A DNA stretch of 43,087 nt from positions 1 through 43,087 of the forward strand of contig CBJNAS010000001.1 in assembly GCA_966434565.1 (NCBI GenBank). The letters are read 5' to 3'. Source of the stretch: an uncultured Phenylobacterium sp. Its GTDB lineage: Bacteria; Pseudomonadota; Alphaproteobacteria; Caulobacterales; Caulobacteraceae. A program made the translations under genes and the position numbers. Shown in pieces: positions 35,693-43,087 of the stretch. The stretch's first letter is position 1. Every line of letters starts with the position of its first letter. A model generated the notes under the pieces. It made no database searches. It was given only the letters and a program-made list of their open reading frames with translations, and was not told where the DNA came from.

Positions 35693-37991
35693 CTCCGGTC
35701 TCGAAGCCCTGGTGTCGCGCGCGCGACCGCACGACAGCGCCGTCCTGCACGTGACCGGGGCCGCCCGCTACGTCGACGACGTCCCAGAGCCTGCCGACCT
35801 GCTGCACCTCGCCTTCGGCCAGAGCGCGAGGGCGCACGCCCGCATCGTGTCGATGGACCTGTCGGCGGTGCGCGCGGCCGAGGGCGTCGTCGCGGTCTTC
35901 ACCGCCGCCGACATCCCCGGAGCCAACGATGTCAGCCCCTTCGCGGGCGACGACCGGCTGCTCGCCGACGGCGAGGTGATCTGCGTAGGCCAGGCGCTGT
36001 TCCTGGTGGCCGCAACCAGCCGGACGGCGGCGCGCAAGGCCGCGCGCCTCGGCAAGGTCGAATACGCCGAGCTGCCCGCCTGCTTCACCATCGAGGAGGC
36101 CGAAGAGGCCGCCTCGCTGATCGAGCCGGCGCAGCGGATGGCCCGTGGAGACGCCGCCGGCGCTTTGGCGACCTCGCCCCACCGGCTGTCCGGCGTCTTC
36201 GAGATTGGCGGGCAGGAACATTTCTATCTCGAAGGCCAGGTGGCCCTGGCCACGCCGATGGAGCAGGGGCAGGTCCACATCCTGTCCTCGACGCAGCATC
36301 CCAGCGAGGTTCAGCACCTGGCGGCCAAGGCCCTGGGCCTCGCCGACGCCGACGTGACCGTCGAGGTCCGGCGGATGGGCGGCGCCTTCGGCGGCAAGGA
36401 GACCCAGGCGGCCCTCTTCGCCGTGGCGGCGGCGCTCGTGGCCAGCCGCACCGGCCGGCCGGCCAAGTTCAGGGCTGACCGCGACGACGACATGGCGCTG
36501 ACCGGCAAGCGCCACGAGTTTCGCGTGCGCTACGACGCGGGTTTCGACGACGATGGGCGCATCCTGGCGCTGAGGCTGGAGCTCGCCTCGCGGTGCGGCG
36601 CGACGGTCGACCTGTCGCCGGCGATCAACGACCGGGCGATGTTCCACGCCGACAACTGCTACTGGCTGCCCGACGTCGAGATCGTCTCGCACCGGCTGAA
36701 GACCAATACGGTGTCCAACACCGCCTTCCGCGGCTTCGGCGGGCCGCAGGGGATGATGGCGATCGAGCGGGTGATCGACGCGGTCGCGGCCCACTTGGGC
36801 CTGGATCCCCTCGCCGTGCGGCAGGCGAACCTCTACGGGCCCGGGCGGGATGTCACCCCCTACGGGATGACCGTCACCGACAATATCGCGCCGGAATTGA
36901 TCGTCCGCCTGCGAGCCGATGCGCGCTACGACGCGCGGCGGAAGGAGGTCGAAGCCTTCAACGCCCGCAACGAGGTTCTCAAGAAGGGGATCGCCCTGAC
37001 GCCGGTCAAGTTCGGCATCAGCTTCACCACCACCCATCTCAACCAGGCAGGCGCCCTGGTGCTCGTCTACGCGGACGGGACGATCCAGGTGAACCACGGC
37101 GGCACGGAGATGGGGCAGGGCCTGATGGTCAAGGTCGCCCAAGTCGTCGCCGACGTCTTCGCCGTGCCGCCTGAGACGGTCCGCATCACCTCCACCCGCA
37201 CGGACAAGGTGCCCAACACCTCGGCCACGGCCGCCTCCTCGGGGGCGGACCTCAACGGCATGGCGGCGCACAATGCGGCTACAACCATCCGGGAGCGGCT
37301 CGCGGACTTCCTGGCGCGCACCTTCGCCTGTGCAGAGGCCGACGTCCGCTTCACGCCCGAGGGCGTGCTGGCGGGCGGCGAGCTGATGTCGTTCGCCGAG
37401 CTCTGCCGCAAGGCCTATCTCGGCCGGGTCTCGCTGGTCGCTAGCGGCTTCTACGCGACGCCCAAGATCGCCTACGACCGCGCTGCGCACAGGGGCCGGC
37501 CCTTCTATTATTTCGCCTACGGCGCGGCGGTGTCGGAGGTGGTGATCGACACGCTCACCGGAGAACATCGCGTCCTCGCCGTCGACATCCTCCACGACGT
37601 GGGACGCTCGTTGAACCCGATGATCGATATTGGCCAGATCGAGGGCGGCTTCATCCAAGGCCAGGGCTGGCTGACCACCGAGGAGCTGGTATTCGACGGG
37701 GGCGGACGGCTGCTGACCCACTCCCCGGCCACCTACAAGATCCCGACGGCTTCCGACCGGCCGGCGCGAATGAGCATCGCTCTCTGGAAGGCCGACAACG
37801 TCGAGCCGACCATCCGTCGGTCGAAGGCGGTCGGCGAGCCCCCGTTCATGCTGGCGATCTCGGTCTTCTCGGCCCTGACGCAGGCCGTGGCCGCGGTGGC
37901 GCCTGAGGTGCGTGCGCTGCCTAGCCTGGATGCGCCGGCGACGCCGGAGCGCATCCTCGCCTCGATCGCCGCTCATCGGAGCCCTCCGTGA
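35685..37991 (+). CDS. xdhB: Xanthine dehydrogenase molybdopterin-binding subunit
   Basis: ATG at 35685. HDSA.LHVTG, QEHFYLE, STQHP, RMGGAFGGKE, AFRGFGGPQG, GTEMGQG, SKAVGEPP. Confidence 0.95.
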   Translation: MADSGLEALVSRARPHDSAVLHVTGAARYVDDVPEPADLLHLAFGQSARAHARIVSMDLSAVRAAEGVVAVFTAADIPGANDVSPFAGDDRLLADGEVICVGQALFLVAATSRTAARKAARLGKVEYAELPACFTIEEAEEAASLIEPAQRMARGDAAGALATSPHRLSGVFEIGGQEHFYLEGQVALATPMEQGQVHILSSTQHPSEVQHLAAKALGLADADVTVEVRRMGGAFGGKETQAALFAVAAALVASRTGRPAKFRADRDDDMALTGKRHEFRVRYDAGFDDDGRILALRLELASRCGATVDLSPAINDRAMFHADNCYWLPDVEIVSHRLKTNTVSNTAFRGFGGPQGMMAIERVIDAVAAHLGLDPLAVRQANLYGPGRDVTPYGMTVTDNIAPELIVRLRADARYDARRKEVEAFNARNEVLKKGIALTPVKFGISFTTTHLNQAGALVLVYADGTIQVNHGGTEMGQGLMVKVAQVVADVFAVPPETVRITSTRTDKVPNTSATAASSGADLNGMAAHNAATTIRERLADFLARTFACAEADVRFTPEGVLAGGELMSFAELCRKAYLGRVSLVASGFYATPKIAYDRAAHRGRPFYYFAYGAAVSEVVIDTLTGEHRVLAVDILHDVGRSLNPMIDIGQIEGGFIQGQGWLTTEELVFDGGGRLLTHSPATYKIPTASDRPARMSIALWKADNVEPTIRRSKAVGEPPFMLAISVFSALTQAVAAVAPEVRALPSLDAPATPERILASIAAHRSPP

Positions 37992-38935
37992 TCGACTGGC
38001 TGCAATGGCTGCGAGACGCCACCGGCGAGGGCCCCGCCGCCATGGTCTCGGTGCTGGCGGTCGAGGGGTCCGCCCCGCGGGATCCGGGAACGCGGATGAT
38101 CGTCACAGCCGAGCGCGTCTTCGGCACGATAGGCGGCGGCAATCTCGAATTTCGCGTCCTTGACCAAGCGCGGGCTATCCTTGGGCATCCGCCCGGCGCC
38201 TGGCGGGTCCAGGATTACCCGCTAGGCCCTCTGCTTGGGCAATGCTGCGGCGGGCGGGTGCGGCTGCTGGTGGAACACGTCGATTCCGTACGGCTCAGCT
38301 GGGTCGGGTCGGCGCAAGACGGTCGGGCGTTGGTCACCACCCTCAAACGCGCCCACGTCGAGCGGCGCGTCGTCGACGACCTTGCGCCGACCCCGCTGTC
38401 CGTCCGCGGCGAGGCGCTGCGGGAGGGGGCGAGCTTCGCCGAGACCCTCGGCGGGCGGCGGCGAACGATCTACCTGTTCGGCGCCGGCCACGTGGGCCAG
38501 GCGATTGCCCGCCACGCCGCCAGCCTGCCTTTCCGCCTCGCATGGTTCGACACGCGCCCGGTGTTCGGCAGCATCGACGGCGTGACGATCGTACCGGAAA
38601 CGGCGATGGCGCAGTGCATCGCCGAGGCGCCCGCGTCGGCGGCGGTCGTCATCATGACGCACGACCATGCGCTGGATTTCCACCTGACCGAGGCCGCATT
38701 ACGCGGCTCCTCGTTCGCCTTCCTCGGCCTCATCGGCTCGGCCACCAAGCGCGCGCGCTTCCTGTCGCGACTGGAGCGGGCGGGCGTGTCCGAAGCGGCG
38801 CGCGCGCGCCTGACCTGCCCAATCGGCGTGGAGGGCGTCGCCGGCAAGGAGCCAGACGTCATCGCCATCGCGGTCCTCGCCCAATTGCTCCAACTGCCGG
38901 CGCGGGACCTGGTTGGCGAAGCGGGGACGCTCTAA
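37988..38935 (+). CDS. xdhC: Xanthine dehydrogenase accessory protein XdhC
   Basis: GSAPR, GTIGGGNLE, LGQCCGG, FGAGHVG, MTHDHALD, GLIGSATK, CPIG. Confidence 0.93.
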   Translation: MIDWLQWLRDATGEGPAAMVSVLAVEGSAPRDPGTRMIVTAERVFGTIGGGNLEFRVLDQARAILGHPPGAWRVQDYPLGPLLGQCCGGRVRLLVEHVDSVRLSWVGSAQDGRALVTTLKRAHVERRVVDDLAPTPLSVRGEALREGASFAETLGGRRRTIYLFGAGHVGQAIARHAASLPFRLAWFDTRPVFGSIDGVTIVPETAMAQCIAEAPASAAVVIMTHDHALDFHLTEAALRGSSFAFLGLIGSATKRARFLSRLERAGVSEAARARLTCPIGVEGVAGKEPDVIAIAVLAQLLQLPARDLVGEAGTL

Positions 38936-38975
38936 GGCCGAGGGGGCCATGAGCCACGGCGCCGGCCGAGCTATC

Positions 38976-39398
38976 CTATGCCACAGCGAGGGTAAAACGG
39001 ATCTGCTGCGCGCCTTCCCAAAGAGTCAGTTTGCCAAGTGCGGCCAAATTCTCCTGGCCCTCTACAATGGTCAGGAAATGATTGCCGGACAATTGGCCTG
39101 CCTTGCTGGCGAAACGCACGCCACCGTAGGCCAATAGTATCTCGGTCTCACTGATCCCCTTGGGGTAAAAGATGAACTGCCCAGGCGCTGGGTAGCTGGT
39201 GTTGTTCTCCCAGGGGAGGTCGAACCCCCGGTCTCCCATCGGAATCCAGACGCCCTCGCCGCTCCATCGGACATGGATGACCCGCTCCTCGTAGGGGAGC
39301 AGCGCGCGGAAGGCGGCGCACGTCGCGGGCGCGAGTTCATCCTCAAGGCGCCCGCGGAACGAGAACGGGCCGGCGTCGATCGTGAGAATGCTGCTCAT
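38976..39398 (-). CDS. DUF3830-family protein
   Basis: ATG at 39398. APATCAAF, HVRWSGEGVWIP, ENNTSYPAPG, SETEILLAYG, GQLSGNHF, LWEGAQ. Confidence 0.82.
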   Translation of the reverse strand: MSSILTIDAGPFSFRGRLEDELAPATCAAFRALLPYEERVIHVRWSGEGVWIPMGDRGFDLPWENNTSYPAPGQFIFYPKGISETEILLAYGGVRFASKAGQLSGNHFLTIVEGQENLAALGKLTLWEGAQQIRFTLAVA

Positions 39399-39474
39399 AA
39401 GGGGTCTCTGAATCTGGATTGAGGCGATTAGGTCCTGCCGCCACGTCGCCACAAGCGTCGTTTGTGCGCCACGC

Positions 39475-39492
39475 CGTTCGAAAAATGAGGTC
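39475..39492 (-). promoter_or_regulatory. Partial copy D of the conserved element (GACCTCATTTTTCGAACG) upstream of the DUF3830 gene
   Basis: Matches the first box of copy C (GTCCTCTTTTTCGCAACG). The second box is weak. Confidence 0.45.
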
Positions 39493-39558
39493 AGGCTTGC
39501 CCGGATCGAAAGGCTTGCCGGCAAGGCGCGTTGATGATCGCGATCACCGCCTCGCGAG

Positions 39559-40503
39559 TCAGGCGACCCGCTTCGCAACAGGCCCCTCGATCGAGGTTGG
39601 ATAGCCTAGCTGCGGAAAGCTGTTCTCGATCTCGTTGAGCACGATGCTGCAGGCATGCGAGGGCGTACGCGCCGAAGCGGTGCACAAGGCCAGGGTCATC
39701 GGGCGCAGGATGGAATCAGCGATCCGGGTGAAGCAGAGCTGGCCGCTCGTAACCTCGGGAATCACGTCTATCGATGTCAGGACGCCGACGCCGACGCCCT
39801 CCATGACCAGGGAGATGATCATCTGGATGTTGTCGCAGGTCACGACCTTGTTTATGGCGACGCCCGTGACTCCCTCGAGCACGGCGACCTGCTCGTGCAC
39901 GGCCAATGGGTTGGCTGGAACCACCAACATTTCCTCTGCACACGCGGAAAAGCGGGCCTCGGGCTGCCGGCCAAAGGGATGGTCTCCGGGTGTCACGAAA
40001 CCCAACACGACATCGACGAAGGCGCGGACGGTAAGATCCTTGTATGACTGCGGCTCGAAAAAGATGCCGAAATCGACGTCGCCTTGCGCAATCGCCAAGC
40101 GCACACCGTCGTTCTCCAGCACCTTCAGCCCGATCGTAATGCCCGGGTGGCGGGCTTGGAGCGACTTGACCATGCTGGGGATGTAGCCCTTGGCCAAGGC
40201 ATCGATCACGGCAATGTCGACGTGACCGCGCTTGAGGCCCCGCAGGTCCTCGATCTGGGCCGTCACGTCGCGAAGATTCTTCTGCCAGCGACCGCCCGCG
40301 GCCATCATGATCTCGCCTGCAGCTGTGAGCCGTAAGCCGGTCGGTAACCGCTCGAAAAGCGGCACGCCAAGGTCAGCTTCCACACGAAGGATCTGCCGAT
40401 CGATCGCGGACGACGACACGTTCAGCTCTTCCGACGCCTTCCGGATTGAGCCAAGCCGCCCGACAACCATGAAGTATCGTAGGAATCGTGAGAATGCGGG
40501 CAT
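39559..40503 (-). CDS. LysR-family transcriptional regulator
   Basis: N-terminal HTH (LRYF...GSIRKASEELNVSSSAIDRQI...LGVPLFERLPTGLRLTAAGE) and a LysR substrate-binding domain. Confidence 0.93.
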   Translation of the reverse strand: MPAFSRFLRYFMVVGRLGSIRKASEELNVSSSAIDRQILRVEADLGVPLFERLPTGLRLTAAGEIMMAAGGRWQKNLRDVTAQIEDLRGLKRGHVDIAVIDALAKGYIPSMVKSLQARHPGITIGLKVLENDGVRLAIAQGDVDFGIFFEPQSYKDLTVRAFVDVVLGFVTPGDHPFGRQPEARFSACAEEMLVVPANPLAVHEQVAVLEGVTGVAINKVVTCDNIQMIISLVMEGVGVGVLTSIDVIPEVTSGQLCFTRIADSILRPMTLALCTASARTPSHACSIVLNEIENSFPQLGYPTSIEGPVAKRVA

Positions 40504-40511
40504 TCACGCCT

Positions 40512-40557
40512 GTCCTCTTTTTCGCAACGCTCCGTGGAATTCATTGCGTTTGGTTGG
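40512..40557 (+). promoter_or_regulatory. 46-bp conserved upstream element, copy C, in the lysR / TonB-receptor divergent gap
   Basis: Shares TTTT.GCAACG and TCATTGCGTT with copies A and B at identical spacing. Lies 8 nt from the lysR start codon, the classic position for a LysR autoregulatory site. Confidence 0.65.
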
Positions 40558-40692
40558 TCGCCTTAGCGCAATTACGGTCCCGCCCCGAAAAGGCAATCGG
40601 GGGACTAAGCTATGTTTGGGGGACTTCTGACGAGACCGCTTAACGCGGCGCCTTGCATGGCCTCTGCTGATTTTACAGTCGCGCCTGGCGCC

Positions 40693-42963
40693 ATGCCGTC
40701 GACGCGATGCGCGACACGCTCGGCGCTTGCGCAACGCGCCAGCATTGCAGCGCTCTCGCTCGCGGCCTTCGTCTGCGCCGCCCATAGCGCTCGAGCCGAG
40801 GAGGCCGCGTCGGCGGCCGCGGGCGTCGGTCAGGTCGCCGAACTGGTGGTCACGGCCACCCGCCGAACGGAAAAGGAGCAGAACGTGCCGGTGTCGACGA
40901 GCGTCATCGGCGAGGCGCAGGTGAAGACGATCTTCACCTCGGGCGGCGACGTTCGCGCCCTGGCCAACACCGTGCCCAGTTTGAACATCGAGTCCTCGAA
41001 CGGCCGGACTTTCCCGCGCTTCTACGTCCGCGGCTACGGCAACACCGACTTCAACGCCTTCGCCTCCCAGCCCGTGTCGCTGGTCTACGACGACGTCGTG
41101 CAAGAGAGCCCAGTCCTGAAGGGCTTCCCAATTTTCGACATCTCCGATGTGGAAGTGTTGCGCGGGCCGCAGGGGACGCTGTTCGGACGCAACGCCCCGG
41201 CGGGCGTCGTCCATGTGCAATCCGCCAAGCCCCAGCTGGGCGCCTTAACCGGCAGCTACAGCCTGTCGGAGGCGACTTACAACACCGCCAACTTCATCGG
41301 CGTCCTGAATGCGCCGGTGAACGATGTCGTGGCCGTGCGCCTGTCGTTGCAGGAGCAGCACCGCGGCAACTGGGTCAGCGACCCGATCAACAAAACCAAG
41401 CTCGAAGGCTATGACGACTTCGCCGGACGATTGCAGGTGCTCTATCAGCCGAGCTCCGACTTCAACGCGCTCTTCAATATCCACGGGCGTCATCTGAATG
41501 GCTCGGCGCGGCTGTTCCGCGCCAACGTCATCCAGCCCGGCACAAACGACCTCGTCCCTGGCTTCGACCCGGCGAAATTCTATGCCGACGGCAAGAACAC
41601 CCAGCAGTTGGGGAGTATCGGCGGCAGCGCGCGGCTGACCTGGAACTTCGGCGACATTTCGGTCGTGTCCATCACCGGCGTCGAGAAGATACTCAACTAC
41701 TTTACTCAAGGCGACATCGACGGCGGCTTCGGCGCGTCCTACGAACCCACCATGGGCCCCACGGTGACCAAGCCCGATGGGACGATTGTGGGCATTCCAT
41801 TCGCCGTGGAGACCGCCGGCGGCACGACCGATCACACGCAGATCACCCAGGAGGTGCGCGCCCAGTCGAACTATGCGGGGCCGATCAACTGGTTGGCGGG
41901 CGCCTACTTCTTCCACGAGACCGCGAGCGGGCCGAATCTCGACTTTGACCAGCTCGGGAACACGGTCACCGACTACAACATCGCCCGCCAGAAGAACGAC
42001 GCCTACGCGGTGTTCGGCTCGCTGACCTACAGGCCGACCGAAAGGTGGGACCTGCGTGGCGGCCTGCGCTACACCCACGACCACAAGGACTTCGACATCA
42101 TCGCCGCGGTGAACCAGACCTTCGCCCAGACCTCGGCGAAGGCGACCGGCGACAATCTGAGCGGCGACGTCAGCGCCACCTACAAGGTCGCGCCGGACTT
42201 CAACCTCTACGGCCGCTTCGCGACCGGCTTCCGCGCCCCGAGCTTTGGCTCGCCCTCGGCCACGGTCGGCATCCAGGTCGTCAAGGCGGAGACCAACCGC
42301 TCGGTGGAGCTGGGCTTCAAGTCGTTCCTGGCCGACCGTCGCGTGAAGCTGAACGCCGACGCCTTCTACTATGTGGTCAAAAACCAGCAGCTGACCGCGG
42401 TCGGCGGCACGGATAACTCGACCCGGCTGTTGAACGCCAAGAAGACGGTGGGCTACGGCGGCGAGGTCGAGCTGGGGGCCCAGATCACCGAACACCTCCA
42501 GTTCGCCGCGGCCGCCAGCTACAACGTGACCCGCATCGAGGACCCAACGCTGTCGGTCGGCGTCTGCGCCTCGTGCACGGTGCTGGATCCCATCAACGCC
42601 CAGGGCAACGCCCTGATCGACGGCAATCCGCTGCCTCAGGCGCCGAAGTGGACGGTCGATCCCTCGATCACCTACACCTTGCCGCTGGCCGGCGGGCGCG
42701 AGGTGTTCTTCAACAGCGACTTGGCCTGGCGCAGCCAGATCAATTTCTTCCTCTACCAATCGAAGGAATTTTCCGGCCAGCCCTTCGCCGACCTCGGGAT
42801 CCGCGCGGGCGTTCGCTGGGGCGACGGCAAGTACGAACTGGCCGGCTTCTGCCGCAACTGCCTGAACCAGGTTCGCCTCGTCGGCGGCATCGACTTCGAC
42901 AACCTGACCGGCATGATCAACGATCCGATTATCGCGGGCGTGCAGTTCAGCGGGAAGCTCTGA
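40693..42963 (+). CDS. TonB-dependent receptor
   Basis: Signal peptide ending ARA-E, TonB box region ELVVTATRR, plug motifs YVRGYG and EVLRGPQGTLFGRNAPAG, and barrel strands. Start uncertain (40612, 40657 or 40693). Confidence 0.93.
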   Translation: MPSTRCATRSALAQRASIAALSLAAFVCAAHSARAEEAASAAAGVGQVAELVVTATRRTEKEQNVPVSTSVIGEAQVKTIFTSGGDVRALANTVPSLNIESSNGRTFPRFYVRGYGNTDFNAFASQPVSLVYDDVVQESPVLKGFPIFDISDVEVLRGPQGTLFGRNAPAGVVHVQSAKPQLGALTGSYSLSEATYNTANFIGVLNAPVNDVVAVRLSLQEQHRGNWVSDPINKTKLEGYDDFAGRLQVLYQPSSDFNALFNIHGRHLNGSARLFRANVIQPGTNDLVPGFDPAKFYADGKNTQQLGSIGGSARLTWNFGDISVVSITGVEKILNYFTQGDIDGGFGASYEPTMGPTVTKPDGTIVGIPFAVETAGGTTDHTQITQEVRAQSNYAGPINWLAGAYFFHETASGPNLDFDQLGNTVTDYNIARQKNDAYAVFGSLTYRPTERWDLRGGLRYTHDHKDFDIIAAVNQTFAQTSAKATGDNLSGDVSATYKVAPDFNLYGRFATGFRAPSFGSPSATVGIQVVKAETNRSVELGFKSFLADRRVKLNADAFYYVVKNQQLTAVGGTDNSTRLLNAKKTVGYGGEVELGAQITEHLQFAAAASYNVTRIEDPTLSVGVCASCTVLDPINAQGNALIDGNPLPQAPKWTVDPSITYTLPLAGGREVFFNSDLAWRSQINFFLYQSKEFSGQPFADLGIRAGVRWGDGKYELAGFCRNCLNQVRLVGGIDFDNLTGMINDPIIAGVQFSGKL

Positions 42964-42977
42964 GGCGTTGACCTGGG

Positions 42978-43087
42978 ATGCGGCGGGTCGTCATCCTGGC
43001 GCTGGCGCTCGCGATGGCTCATCCGGCGTCGCCGGCGAACGCCGAGCCCTTGGCCGAGCATCGCGCGGCCATCCTGTTCGACGAGGC
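42978..43087 (+). CDS. N-terminus of a secreted protein, truncated by the window edge
   Basis: MRRVVILALALAMAHPASPANA-EPLAEHRAAILFDE is a Sec signal peptide, 14 nt after the receptor stop. Confidence 0.6.
   Translation, partial: MRRVVILALALAMAHPASPANAEPLAEHRAAILFDE

Noticed and set aside
1-43087. CRISPR arrays, tRNA/rRNA genes, known riboswitches
   Set aside because: No regularly spaced repeats or recognisable structural RNA seen. The purine upstream element does not resemble the purine or xanthine riboswitches as I recall them; an Rfam scan would settle this.

Overview
GC-rich alphaproteobacterial DNA (Caulobacteraceae-like by gene content; inference) with three gene blocks. (1) 1-16.9 kb: an apparently uncharacterised trans-envelope redox locus. 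A stand-alone ccmF is divergent from an operon encoding a FAD/NAD(P)H oxidoreductase fused to two cNMP-binding domains and a four-cluster ferredoxin, a membrane protein with two H-X13-H pairs, an FHA-TM-decaheme cytochrome c and a CpdA-like phosphodiesterase. This converges on a second operon encoding a 4+1-heme cytochrome, a tandem GlcG/HbpS lipoprotein, an outer-membrane beta-barrel and a decaheme/LVIVD-repeat protein. An OmpA-domain gene follows. (2) 16.9-24.2 kb: a fatty-acid modification cluster resembling the furan fatty acid (ufaM/ufaD/ufaO) genes, with a repeated ECF-type promoter YGCRTCY-N16-CGTA. (3) After a decayed IS6 element (24.5-25.35 kb): a purine uptake and catabolism cluster (guaD, secreted nucleoside hydrolase, NCS2 permease, allC, puuE, uraD, hpyO, uraH, xdhABC, DUF3830, LysR regulator, TonB-dependent receptor) with a repeated 46-bp upstream element. 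All calls come from reading motifs by eye; no database searches were run.
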